From: an uncultured Ectothiorhodospiraceae bacterium | GTDB taxonomy: Bacteria; Pseudomonadota; Gammaproteobacteria; SZUA-152 | Length of the DNA: 64,000 nt | Assembly: GCA_964401355.1 (NCBI GenBank) | Contig: CAYNYJ010000002.1 | Span: 6,116-70,115 of the forward strand | Reading direction: 5' to 3' | In this document: positions 40,946 to 49,937 of the stretch, one piece after another | Layout: each line of letters starts with the position of its first letter | Numbering within the stretch: position 1 is the stretch's first letter | Program-made: the position numbers and the translations under genes | Notes under the pieces: model-generated | Databases searched by the model: none | What the model saw: the letters and a program-made list of their open reading frames with translations, nothing else | Told to the model about the DNA's origin: nothing

Positions 40946-41980
40946 ATGGAGAACTTTGGTAGCTGGTCAGTATTGACCACTAATTTCCTGGTTGTGTTGT
41001 ATATGGCACTGGCGGGCGTAACGTTTGCGGCTATCCTGCATTTGGTTAATGGTAAATGGCGCTTTCAGGTGCGTTATTTTGCAGTGTCAATGGCAGGTTT
41101 GTTCCCGTTGGCTGGGGTTCTACTGTTGATTCTGCTGTACGGTGGTGAGAATACCTTTCAATGGTTGGCGCACGCACATGATGAAGGTACCCACCTGAAC
41201 GGCTGGCATAACTATAGTTTTCTGGTTATTCGACAGATCGTGGGTTTCCTGGTTGTTGCCGGTTTTTTTGGCCTATTTATCAAATATCAGCATATGACCG
41301 CGATCAGTGATGATCCGAAGGTGCACAGGACCTTTCGCAATATTGCACTGGTAATTCCCGGTGTGTATGTGCTGTATGGCACCATGATAGCCTGGGATTT
41401 TGAAATGACCATGATGCCTGGCTGGCACAGTGCGGTATACGGTGTATACCAGTTTGTGAGTATGTTCCAGTGCTTCCTGGCTCTCTTTGCGGTGGTGCTA
41501 ATTATGTTGTATCGCTCCGGAAAACTGACACAGCCTTACAAACCGTTTGTGTTTAATTATCTGGCGCAGATGATGTTGGCTTTTACTATTCTGTGGACTT
41601 ACTTCTATTTCACCCAGTACCTCATTATGTGGTATGGGCGTTTGACAGAAGAAATGGATCGTTTCGACAACATGATGCACAACGATCTTGCTCCAATCTG
41701 GTGGACCTTTTTGGCGCTGAAATTTATTGTGCCGTTGGTGACCTTCGCGGTGTGGACGCCGAATCGTCATAGCCCTAATGTGATCATGGCTGTCGCTGCC
41801 TGTATCATGGTGGGCACTTGGCTGGAGCGGTATACGTGGATATCTGGTTCTGTTTCACCCGAGTTTTACCATATTCCGATGACGTCGATATTCGATATTG
41901 TGGTGACCTTGGTGGTCGCAGCACTTGCCTGGCTCTCGGTTCGCACAGTAATGACCAAGTACGGGTTAGTTCGTAGCTAA
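40946..41980 (+). CDS. actF: Alternative Complex III subunit ActF (NrfD-like membrane subunit)
   Basis: Polytopic membrane protein of 344 aa. It is a paralog-type partner of ActC and the last gene of the operon. Confidence 0.75.
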   Translation: MENFGSWSVLTTNFLVVLYMALAGVTFAAILHLVNGKWRFQVRYFAVSMAGLFPLAGVLLLILLYGGENTFQWLAHAHDEGTHLNGWHNYSFLVIRQIVGFLVVAGFFGLFIKYQHMTAISDDPKVHRTFRNIALVIPGVYVLYGTMIAWDFEMTMMPGWHSAVYGVYQFVSMFQCFLALFAVVLIMLYRSGKLTQPYKPFVFNYLAQMMLAFTILWTYFYFTQYLIMWYGRLTEEMDRFDNMMHNDLAPIWWTFLALKFIVPLVTFAVWTPNRHSPNVIMAVAACIMVGTWLERYTWISGSVSPEFYHIPMTSIFDIVVTLVVAALAWLSVRTVMTKYGLVRS

Positions 41981-42004
41981 ATAGAGTCGCTTATGTGTAG
42001 TGTG

Positions 42005-42037
42005 AAAAGAGGACTCTTCGGAGTCCTCTTTTTTTGT
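42005..42037 (+). terminator. Rho-independent terminator of the act operon
   Basis: AAGAGGACTC-TTCG-GAGTCCTCTT followed by TTTTTTT. Confidence 0.85.
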
Positions 42038-42221
42038 GTCATAGAAACCACAAGGAATTGAGCGGATATGAATTAATTTTGGGGGCATATGCATTAGTTT
42101 ATAATAATATTAAAATAAACAATGTTATTGGTGGAGAATTCTCTGCTATTCTCGTTAGCCATCTGATGCCCTTTTCGATGAAATCCGTCGGCGTCCATCG
42201 ATCAGGCTGAATTCCCGAATG

Positions 42222-42392
42222 TTTTTAAGGGCACCTCTAATAATTCTGGATGTGTCAGCTTGGGATTCAAAATTCGTCGATTCAAGGCGTGAAACGCAGG
42301 CAATAGCTAGCTATTGGCAAGTTTCACAACGCAGAAGCGGCGGATTTTGGGTTCAAGATGCGCATTCACGAATTATTAGAGGTGCCCTTAAG
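42222..42392. repeat. MITE/REP-like palindromic element: 20-bp terminal inverted repeats (GGGCACCTCTAATAATTC ... GAATTATTAGAGGTGCCC) enclosing nested palindromes, including GCAATAGCTAGCTATTG
   Basis: Read directly from sequence. The core palindrome is shared with the element at about 10142. The element sits in the act-pet intergenic region. Confidence 0.55.
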
Positions 42393-43015
42393 TGATAGTT
42401 AGAAATGAGGGTTTGTGCGTGAGTTCGAATGAAATTGATTATGGTCGGCGACGAATGTTGCTGGCAGCAACAGCGGCAGTGGGTGGCATCGGCGCTATAT
42501 ATGTGGCGACGCCGTTTGTACTGTCGATGGATCCCAGCGCGAAGGCCAAGGCCGCAGGTGCGCCTATTGATATTGATATCAGTAAGTTACAGCCTGGGCA
42601 GTTAATGACAGTGGAATGGCGCGGTAAACCCGTTTGGGTTTTGCGTCGGAATGAGGCCATGTTGAAGGGTATGGCGTCAATATCGAGTCAGTTACGTGAT
42701 GCTGGGTCGGATGAGCTGTCGCAACAGCCGCATTACGCTAAAAACAAGCACCGATCGATCAATCCAGAATATATGGTCATGGTCGGAATTTGTACTCACT
42801 TGGGCTGTTCACCGACCTATCGCCCCGAGTTTGCTCCACCCGATCTGGGACCTGAGTGGAAGGGTGGGTTCTTTTGCCCTTGTCATGGTTCTCGTTACGA
42901 TCTTGCCGGGCGAGTTTTTGCGGGGATGCCCGCGCCATCGAATCTGGTCGTCCCTCCTTATCATTATGTATCAACGACCCGCTTGTTGGTGGGCATTGAT
43001 CCTGAGGCCATCTGA
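42392..43015 (+). CDS. petA: Ubiquinol-cytochrome c reductase Rieske iron-sulfur subunit
   Basis: Tat-like [14 protein letters not shown]. Rieske boxes CTHLGC and CPCHGS. The true start may be the GTG at 42419. Confidence 0.9.
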   Translation: MIVRNEGLCVSSNEIDYGRRRMLLAATAAVGGIGAIYVATPFVLSMDPSAKAKAAGAPIDIDISKLQPGQLMTVEWRGKPVWVLRRNEAMLKGMASISSQLRDAGSDELSQQPHYAKNKHRSINPEYMVMVGICTHLGCSPTYRPEFAPPDLGPEWKGGFFCPCHGSRYDLAGRVFAGMPAPSNLVVPPYHYVSTTRLLVGIDPEAI

Positions 43016-44247
43016 TGTTTGATAAATTGACACATCGTGTCGAGGCCCTACGTGACTGGGCGGACGAACGCTTCCCGGTGACGGCCTTTTGGCGTGACCA
43101 CATGGTTAAGTATTACGCGCCTAAAAACCTGGATTTTTGGTATTATTTTGGGTCTCTGGCATTGTTGATGCTGGTGATGCAATTGATCACCGGTATCTTT
43201 CTGACCATGAACTACAAGCCCACGGCGGATACCGCTTTTGCCTCGGTGGAATACATCATGCGTGATGTGAACTGGGGTTGGCTGATTCGCTACATGCATT
43301 CTACCGGTGCATCATTCTTTTTTATCGTGATTTATCTGCACATGTTCCGTGCTTTATTGTACGGATCATATCGTGCGCCACGTGAACTTCTGTGGTTGTT
43401 CGGGATGTTGATTTTTACGGTATTAATGGCCGAGGCTTTCATGGGTTACCTGTTACCTTGGGGACAAATGTCCTTTTGGGGCGCGCAGGTTATCATTTCT
43501 CTGTTTGGTGCTATTCCTTACATTGGAGATGAGTTGGCATTGTGGATACGCGGTGACTTCGTAGTGGCCGATGCCACTCTCAATCGCTTTTTTGCTTTTC
43601 ATGTCATTGCCTTTCCGTTGTTGCTGATTGGCTTGGTGATGTTCCACATGATCTCCTTACATTCGGTGGGATCAAATAATCCCGATGGTATAGAAATCAA
43701 GAAGCACAAAGATGAAAATGGCGTGCCATTAGATGGTATTCCGTTTCACCCTTATTACACGCTCAAGGACATGATCGGCGTCGTCGTATTCTTAATCATC
43801 TTTTCTGCGGTGTTGTTTTATGCGCCTGAATTGGGTGGCTGGTTCCTGGAGAAAGACAATTTTGTACCGGCAAACCCGTTAAAAACACCGGAGCATATTG
43901 CCCCTCTTTGGTATTTCACGCCTTTCTACGCCATCTTGCGCGCAGTGCCGGATAAGTTCCTGGGCGTGGTTGCCATGGGCGCATCTATTGTTATGCTGTT
44001 TTTGCTGCCGTGGCTGGATCGCAGTCCCGTTAAGTCGATTCGGCAGAGGGGAGCGGTGTTTAAATTTGCCTTGACGACCTTTGTCATCAGTTTCATCGCT
44101 CTGGCTTATTTGGGCACCGTTGCGGCAACACCGACTGCGACACTGTTTTCACGTATTTTCAGTGTTCTTTATTTCGCCTTCTTTTTATTGATGCCGATTT
44201 ATTCCAGATATGATAAAACCAAGCCGGTTCCGGAGCGGGTGACATGA
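43015..44247 (+). CDS. petB: Cytochrome b of the bc1 complex
   Basis: WNFGSLA-type N-terminal region ([21 protein letters not shown]). Conserved heme-ligand histidines sit in predicted helices ([21 protein letters not shown]). The product is 410 aa. Confidence 0.9.
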   Translation: MFDKLTHRVEALRDWADERFPVTAFWRDHMVKYYAPKNLDFWYYFGSLALLMLVMQLITGIFLTMNYKPTADTAFASVEYIMRDVNWGWLIRYMHSTGASFFFIVIYLHMFRALLYGSYRAPRELLWLFGMLIFTVLMAEAFMGYLLPWGQMSFWGAQVIISLFGAIPYIGDELALWIRGDFVVADATLNRFFAFHVIAFPLLLIGLVMFHMISLHSVGSNNPDGIEIKKHKDENGVPLDGIPFHPYYTLKDMIGVVVFLIIFSAVLFYAPELGGWFLEKDNFVPANPLKTPEHIAPLWYFTPFYAILRAVPDKFLGVVAMGASIVMLFLLPWLDRSPVKSIRQRGAVFKFALTTFVISFIALAYLGTVAATPTATLFSRIFSVLYFAFFLLMPIYSRYDKTKPVPERVT

Positions 44248-44993
44248 ATATGAAATGTCACTATCCGCTGCTGTTATTGATGTTGATGCCAATGTCCTGG
44301 ACTTTGGCAGCGGGTAAAGGTGTTGTTTTGGATGAAGCCAATATCCAGTTGGAAGATCGGCAGTCCATCAAACGTGGGGCAAATTTGTTTGTCGATTATT
44401 GCCTTAATTGCCACTCCGCTTCGCTGATGCGTTACAGTCGCATCGGGCAGGATCTGGGTATGAGTGATGATGAAGTCAGAAGTCAGCTCATCACCACGGG
44501 TGCCAAGGTGGGCGGTGTCATGGACGTGGCGATTGATGAAGGCGATGCCAAACGTTGGTTTGGCACTGTCCCGCCTGATTTATCGGTGATATCGCGCGCC
44601 CGTGGTGTGGACTGGTTGTACACGTATTTGCGTTCTTTTTATCGCGATGAATCCCGCCCTTGGGGAGTGAATAATACCGTGTTTAAAGATGTCGGTATGC
44701 CGCATGTGTTGTGGGAATTACAGGGGCTGCAAGCACCGCTGATTGAATCTTTTGTTGACGAAAATGGCACGACACAAACACATATCACCGGCTTTACGAT
44801 TGTTGAAACGGGCCAGCTGAATGCACAAGAGTACAATGAAGTGGTGCGGGATCTGGTGACTTTTCTGGCTTACTTGGGGGAGCCCAGCAAGTTGCAAAGA
44901 CTGGCGCTAGGAAAGTGGGTTTTGCTGTTTCTTTTTGTCTTGCTGATTTTGGTGGTGTTATTGAAAAAAGAATACTGGAAAGATATCCACTAG
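44244..44993 (+). CDS. petC: Cytochrome c1
   Basis: Signal peptide, CLNCHS heme-binding motif and a C-terminal membrane anchor, 249 aa. Confidence 0.85.
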   Translation: MNMKCHYPLLLLMLMPMSWTLAAGKGVVLDEANIQLEDRQSIKRGANLFVDYCLNCHSASLMRYSRIGQDLGMSDDEVRSQLITTGAKVGGVMDVAIDEGDAKRWFGTVPPDLSVISRARGVDWLYTYLRSFYRDESRPWGVNNTVFKDVGMPHVLWELQGLQAPLIESFVDENGTTQTHITGFTIVETGQLNAQEYNEVVRDLVTFLAYLGEPSKLQRLALGKWVLLFLFVLLILVVLLKKEYWKDIH

Positions 44994-45123
44994 TTTGTGT
45001 ACACCGAAAACGAGTGGTGGGGGCGGGTAATCTCAAATGACAAAAATCCACTGAAAGCGCTAAATAGAGCGGGTAGTACTGTTTTTAAAAAATATCAAAT
45101 CTATTATCATCAATAACTTGTGA

Positions 45124-45151
45124 CGAATTCTGAGTTTTTTCTCAGAATTCG
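45124..45151. promoter_or_regulatory. Perfect 11-bp inverted repeat CGAATTCTGAG-TTTTTTC-TCAGAATTCG between petC and sspA
   Basis: Read directly from sequence. It could be a terminator hairpin or an operator. Confidence 0.35.
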
Positions 45152-45212
45152 GTTACAATCCCTTCCTCGGTTATTCCCTCTTTATAAAATATGAGTTGTT
45201 GGAGAAAGTAAA

Positions 45213-45836
45213 ATGGCAGTCGTGGCCAATAGAAAATCCGTAATGAATCTTTTTACCGGTGCAACCGATATTCACAGTCATCGTGTACGCATCGTTTTGG
45301 CCGAAAAGGGCATTAATTTTGAATTTATTATTGTCGATCTTGCCCATCCTCCCGAGGATTTGATGGAACTCAATCCTTACGGTTCGGTGCCCACTCTGGT
45401 GGACCGTGATCTGGTGCTCTACAATGCGCAAGTGATTATGGAATACTTAGATGAGCGTTTTCCACATCCGCCATTGATGCCGGTTGATCCCGTTTCCCGG
45501 GCGCAAAGTCGCATGACCCTGCATCGCATTCAGCGTGATTGGGATACTCTGGTTGAGAGCTTTCAGAAGGGTCGCGACAAGGAAAAGGCCGCGAAAGAAT
45601 TGTCTGACAGCATCACAGTTATTGCCCCTATCTTCGAACAAAAAAACTATTTCATGAGCGATGAGTTCTCGCTGCTGGACTGCGCGATTGCCCCTATTTT
45701 ATGGCGCCTGCCGGTGTATGGCATCAGCTTGCCTGCCAGCGCCAAAGCCGTTGAAGTCTACACTGAACGTCTGTTTGCGATGGAGTCGTTTCAGTCCAGT
45801 CTCACCGAGAAAGAGCGGGAAATGCGCGAAGACTAA
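45213..45836 (+). CDS. sspA: Stringent starvation protein A (GST-fold RNAP-associated protein)
   Basis: Thioredoxin-like GST N-domain (TLFTGATDIHSHRVRIVLAEKGINFE) followed by a C-terminal GST helical domain, 207 aa. It is followed by sspB, the conserved pairing. Confidence 0.85.
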   Translation: MAVVANRKSVMNLFTGATDIHSHRVRIVLAEKGINFEFIIVDLAHPPEDLMELNPYGSVPTLVDRDLVLYNAQVIMEYLDERFPHPPLMPVDPVSRAQSRMTLHRIQRDWDTLVESFQKGRDKEKAAKELSDSITVIAPIFEQKNYFMSDEFSLLDCAIAPILWRLPVYGISLPASAKAVEVYTERLFAMESFQSSLTEKEREMRED

Positions 45837-45849
45837 CGTGTTGAATAAG

Positions 45850-46260
45850 ATGAATGAAATGACCTCCAGTCGGCCCTATTTGATGCGTGCTGTTTACGAG
45901 TGGATTGTTGATAACAATATGACGCCGTACTTGTTGGTGAATGCCCAGTTGGCTGATGTGAATGTCCCACGGGAACATGTCAGTAACGGCAAAATTATTC
46001 TCAATATCGCGCCAGAGGCGGTGCAGCATCTGGATATGATGGGCGATGAGGTGGATTTTCATGCCCGCTTCGGCGGCAAGCCCATGCATGTGCGGGTGCC
46101 TATTGTGGCAGCCATGGCGATTTACGCGCGTGAAAACGGTCGTGGCATGGTGTTCAATGATGATGAAGACCTGACGCCGGAGCCTGATGACGGCAAGCCC
46201 AGTAACGGCGGTTCGAAGAATAGCAAGTCCAGTGGGCCGCAACTGCGGGTCGTAAAATAA
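45850..46260 (+). CDS. sspB: ClpXP adaptor protein SspB
   Basis: SSRPYLMRAVYEWIVDNNMTPYLLVN matches the E. coli SspB N-terminus (RRPYLLRAFYEWLLDNQLTPHLVVD). The acidic C-terminal tail ends in LRVVK (an XB-like ClpX-binding motif). Confidence 0.85.
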   Translation: MNEMTSSRPYLMRAVYEWIVDNNMTPYLLVNAQLADVNVPREHVSNGKIILNIAPEAVQHLDMMGDEVDFHARFGGKPMHVRVPIVAAMAIYARENGRGMVFNDDEDLTPEPDDGKPSNGGSKNSKSSGPQLRVVK

Positions 46261-46589
46261 TAGCCACAGCCGGTGCTGGAAGATGCGCCGGGTATGTGGG
46301 AGAACTCAGTCCCGGTTTTTGAGGTCACCACAGGCCTTTAGGCCAAGTTCCGCAAAGCCCATCATAAGAATAGCGGCGATGATCATCAGTCCCGACTATC
46401 ATCCTGGATTCCGGCAGTGGTTCCACCCTCCACTTTACGTGCAAGCAGCCGATAAGCGCTGCGTAATACAGCGCCACCGATCAGTGCATGGAAGGTTTAA
46501 ATCGTCATACTTTAGTGATAAAGACAATGCTCGACTAGTGCTACTATTCATATTATTGAAAATGATGATCACAATGGGCAGTGTAAAGA

Positions 46590-47048
46590 GTGGAGATAAA
46601 TGTGCGAACACGTTCAGTTAAATTTCTGTCGGCAAGGCAGGCCGGTTTCACTCTGATTGAAGTCATGGTGGTGGTGGTTATTCTCGGTATTTTGGCGGCC
46701 ATCGTGGTGCCTCGTGTCATGGATCGGCCGGATGCCGCGCGGATCATCAAGGCACGCGCAGATATTCGCGCCATGGAAAGTGCCTTGAATCTCTACAAAC
46801 TCGACAACTTTGTGTATCCCAATACCGATCAGGGCCTGGTCGCGCTGGTCAGCAAACCCGCTGGCACACCCGAACCCCGTAACTGGAAACAGTACATGGA
46901 TCGCCTGCCCAAAGATCCCTGGGGGAATGATTACCAATATCTCGCGCCGGGTGTGCAGGGCAACATTGATATCTTTTCGCTGGGTGCCGATGGACAACTT
47001 GGCGGTGATGAGAGCAGTGCCGATGTGGGTAACTGGGATCTGCAATAG
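46590..47048 (+). CDS. gspG: Type II secretion major pseudopilin GspG
   Basis: Prepilin-peptidase site G-FTLIEVMVVVVILGILAAIVVP. The rest of the sequence is GspG-like (RAMESALNLYKLDN...GNDYQYL...DIFSLGADGQ). The exact start is uncertain. Confidence 0.85.
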   Translation: MEINVRTRSVKFLSARQAGFTLIEVMVVVVILGILAAIVVPRVMDRPDAARIIKARADIRAMESALNLYKLDNFVYPNTDQGLVALVSKPAGTPEPRNWKQYMDRLPKDPWGNDYQYLAPGVQGNIDIFSLGADGQLGGDESSADVGNWDLQ

Positions 47049-47084
47049 TTTTCCGCAAGCGGTAAACGCAATTCGCGTCGTCGA

Positions 47085-47687
47085 ATGAGGCGGGTCATGG
47101 CCCCATTTTTTTCACGGCTAACGTCATTGCCACCAGCACTGCCGCAAGTGCTCCTTTCAACGTCTACCACTAAAAAGTGCTACGTCGGCATCCGCAGAGA
47201 GTCAGGCTTCACCCTGCTCGAATTGCTGGCGGTGATGGTGGTTATTGGCATCATCATCAGTTTTGCCACGCTGTCCATCGGTCGGAATACCAGTCAAGTC
47301 GTGCAGGAAGAGGTTGAGCGCCTGCACGGTCTGATACGGCTGGCCGGTGAAGAGGCCGTGTTGCAGGGGCGTGAACTGGCATTGGAGTTTGATCGGGATC
47401 GCTATCAGTTTTTGGAATTGGGCAGTGACGGATGGCAGCCACTGGCGGGAGATCAAATGCTGCGCGAACGCCCTCTGCCCGAAACGGTTGAGCTGGAACT
47501 GGTGCTGGAAGGGGCCGAAACCGACTTTGGGGACAAGAAAAACTTGCCGCGTATTTTTATTTTGTCCAGCGGAGAACTCACGCCCTTCAAGATGACATTG
47601 AGTATTGATGACGACGAAGAATATTCATTGCAAGGATTGTTCAACGGCAAGCTGATCCTGACTCGGGCGGAAAACGATGAAAGCTAA
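47085..47687 (+). CDS. gspH: Type II secretion minor pseudopilin GspH
   Basis: G-FTLLELLAVMVVIGIIISFATLSIG prepilin-type N-terminus. The start codon is uncertain; it is probably an internal GTG, which would give a leader of about 20 aa. Confidence 0.7.
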   Translation: MRRVMAPFFSRLTSLPPALPQVLLSTSTTKKCYVGIRRESGFTLLELLAVMVVIGIIISFATLSIGRNTSQVVQEEVERLHGLIRLAGEEAVLQGRELALEFDRDRYQFLELGSDGWQPLAGDQMLRERPLPETVELELVLEGAETDFGDKKNLPRIFILSSGELTPFKMTLSIDDDEEYSLQGLFNGKLILTRAENDES

Positions 47688-47698
47688 ATCGACTTATT

Positions 47699-47774
47699 TT
47701 CCGTCATTCCGGCGACGACCGGAATCCAGGAGCCCTCTAACGTCACTGGATTCCGGCATTCGCCGGAATGACGG
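47699..47774. repeat. REP-like nested palindromic element (CCGTCATTCCGGCG ... CGCCGGAATGACGG with an inner ACCGGAATCCAGG / CTGGATTCCGG) in the gspH-gspI junction
   Basis: 14-bp perfect outer inverted repeat plus an inner inverted repeat, read directly from sequence. Confidence 0.55.
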
Positions 47775-47796
47775 CAAAAGAACCAATCAGCATTTT

Positions 47797-48177
47797 TTGA
47801 ATGGTAAAAAAAATAAAAACTGCAAAGGCTTCACCCTGCTGGAAGTCCTCGTGGCCCTGGCGGTGATTGCCTTTGCGTTGGCCGCTGCCGCCAGCGCCGT
47901 TTCCGGTAACGCCCGTACCGCCTCCGGTCTTCAACAGCGCACTTACGCCCATTGGGTGGCGATGAATAAAATGACCGAGCTGCATGTTGCCAAGAAATGG
48001 CCTTCCATCACAACCACCAAAGGCAGCTCGTTGATGGCGCGCCATGAATGGTATTGGTCGATGAAGGTTAGCAAGACGCCGAATTTGTTAATTCGCCGCG
48101 TGGACGTGAGAGTGCGCTCGGAACAGAATGACGAATCACCACTGGTGACTCTAACTGGATTTATAGGTAGGCCATGA
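47797..48177 (+). CDS. gspI: Type II secretion minor pseudopilin GspI
   Basis: A TTG start gives the classic leader MNGKKNKNCKG-FTLLEVLVALAVIAF. The track ORF starting at 47677 would read through the REP element. Confidence 0.75.
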   Translation: MNGKKNKNCKGFTLLEVLVALAVIAFALAAAASAVSGNARTASGLQQRTYAHWVAMNKMTELHVAKKWPSITTTKGSSLMARHEWYWSMKVSKTPNLLIRRVDVRVRSEQNDESPLVTLTGFIGRP

Positions 48178-48806
48178 TGATGCGTCGCTGCTTTAATAAA
48201 CAAAACAGGAAGCAAGGCGGTTTTACCCTGCTGGAATTATTAATAGCGTTGGGAATTTTTGCCTTGCTGGCGGCAATGGGTTACAGCGGTCTTAGCAACG
48301 TGATGACGGCTCGCCAGATAACCAGCCAGCACGCCGAACGTTTAGCGCAATTGCAGATGGCCTTTTTATGGTTAGGTCGGGACATTGAGCAGGCTATTGA
48401 TCGTCCGATTCGTGATGAGTACGGTGATACCCGCCACGCCATGTTGGGAGTGGAGACCGGGCGCTATCAACTGGAACTGACCCGTAATGGCTGGCGCAAC
48501 CCGGCGGGGCGTGCGCGCAGCAGTCTGCAACGCGTGGCCTACGGATTGCGTGATGGCGAGTTGATTCGTGTTTACTGGAACGTGTTGGATCGCGCCCAGG
48601 ACAGCCAGCCATTGGAGAGCGTGCTGCTGGTGGGAATTGAAAAGCTGGAACTGCGTTTTCTCAATGATAAAAACCAGTGGCAGGCCTCTTGGCCAAGCAG
48701 GCAATTGGGTGGCCGGGCGAGTACCACGCCGCCCAGAGCGGTGGAGGTGACGCTGGAGACCGTGGCTGAGGGGCGTATCACCCGTTTGTTTCGGGTGCCC
48801 GGTTAA
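48174..48806 (+). CDS. gspJ: Type II secretion minor pseudopilin GspJ
   Basis: QGG-FTLLELLIALGIFALLAA prepilin-type N-terminus, 210 aa. Confidence 0.8.
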   Translation: MMMRRCFNKQNRKQGGFTLLELLIALGIFALLAAMGYSGLSNVMTARQITSQHAERLAQLQMAFLWLGRDIEQAIDRPIRDEYGDTRHAMLGVETGRYQLELTRNGWRNPAGRARSSLQRVAYGLRDGELIRVYWNVLDRAQDSQPLESVLLVGIEKLELRFLNDKNQWQASWPSRQLGGRASTTPPRAVEVTLETVAEGRITRLFRVPG

Positions 48807-49894
48807 TGATGTCTTTTTCTAAAAACACGCTGAAGGCTCCTTATAACAACACGCTGAAGGCTTCTTGTAACAACGCGCTGAAGGCTCCGTGCGGAAAACA
48901 ACAGGGCGTGGCGCTGATCACGGCGTTGCTGATCGCGGCGCTGGTGACGGTGGTGGCGGTGGCCATGGCCTCACGTCAGCAGTTGGATATTCGACGCACC
49001 GGCAACATGCTGGAAGCGGATCAGGCCTACCTTTACGCCCTCGCCGCAGAAACCTGGGCGATGCAGATGTTAAAAGAGGACCAACAAAAAACTTCGATTG
49101 ATGCTCTGGACGAAGATTGGGCAATCAAGCTGCCGCCGATTCCCGTCGAAGGCGGCATGATTAGCGGCAGTATCGAAGATTTGCAGGGCCGCTTTAATCT
49201 TAATAATCTCGTTAATGCAAATACGGGCAACAATACGGGCAACAATACGGGCAACAATGCTGGCAACAACGCAGGCAATAACGATGCTCCGGATCAGGTG
49301 CAGGTTAAAATTTTTCAGTCGTTGTTGGTGCAGGTCAGCCGGGCGAAAGAGGAGATGCAGCTTTCGCCCTTCGTGGCCAACCGGGTGGCTGACTGGATCG
49401 ACTCCAACCTCAACTCTTTGGCCGATGGTGCCGAAGATCTGGTGTATCTCGGTCTAGATAAGCTGCCGTATCGGACGGCGAATCGATTTATGGCCAGCCC
49501 CAGCGAGTTGGCAGCGGTGGCAAGCCTGTCACTGAGGGATGTGGCTGCCTTGTTGCCGTTAGTGGCCGCGTTGCCCGAAAGGACACCGGTCAATGTGAAT
49601 ACCGCGCGGGAGGAGGTGTTGCTGAGTTTGCATGAGGATATCAGCCTGTTGATTGCCAAGGAGCTGGTGGCATATCGTGTCGACAGCGCATTTGAGAATG
49701 TGACGGATTTTGTGAAAAAAATGAAGGATGATTACGACATTGCTCTGAACCCAACATTAGTCAGTGTCAGCAGTGAATACTTTCTGGTTTCCAGCGACGC
49801 GGCTATTGGCCGCACCACGCTACGCCTGTACAGTCTGTTAGCAAGAAAAAGCACGGGCATCCGTGTCGTGAGCCGAGGAATCGGGACGTATTAA
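48806..49894 (+). CDS. gspK: Type II secretion minor pseudopilin GspK (with two internal tandem-repeat tracts)
   Basis: QQGVALITALLIAALVTVVAVAMAS is a GspK-type N-terminal helix, and the product is 362 aa. The gene is start-stop coupled to gspJ (TAATG). Confidence 0.8.
   Translation: MMSFSKNTLKAPYNNTLKASCNNALKAPCGKQQGVALITALLIAALVTVVAVAMASRQQLDIRRTGNMLEADQAYLYALAAETWAMQMLKEDQQKTSIDALDEDWAIKLPPIPVEGGMISGSIEDLQGRFNLNNLVNANTGNNTGNNTGNNAGNNAGNNDAPDQVQVKIFQSLLVQVSRAKEEMQLSPFVANRVADWIDSNLNSLADGAEDLVYLGLDKLPYRTANRFMASPSELAAVASLSLRDVAALLPLVAALPERTPVNVNTAREEVLLSLHEDISLLIAKELVAYRVDSAFENVTDFVKKMKDDYDIALNPTLVSVSSEYFLVSSDAAIGRTTLRLYSLLARKSTGIRVVSRGIGTY
48827..48902 (+). repeat. 3 x 24-nt tandem repeat (ACGCTGAAGGCTCCTTATAACAAC) encoding NTLKAPYN / NTLKASCN / NALKAPCG at the 5' end of gspK
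   Basis: Read directly from sequence. Confidence 0.8.
49220..49279 (+). repeat. 5 x 12-nt tandem repeat (AATACGGGCAAC and variants) encoding (NTGN)3(NAGN)2 inside gspK
   Basis: Read directly from sequence. Confidence 0.85.
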
Positions 49895-49937
49895 TGGACG
49901 TCTTTACATACACAGGCGTTTCTAAACAAACATAAAT

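Noticed and set aside
47677-47796. ATG-initiated N-terminal extension of gspI (MKAKSTYFPSFRRRPESRSPL...)
   Set aside because: The extension is translated from the REP-like palindrome. A TTG start at 47797 gives a canonical prepilin leader instead
49220-49279. Short tandem repeats considered as a possible CRISPR array or minisatellite
   Set aside because: The units are 12 nt with no spacers, they are in frame inside gspK, and they encode Asn/Thr/Gly repeats. This is a coding microsatellite, not a CRISPR array
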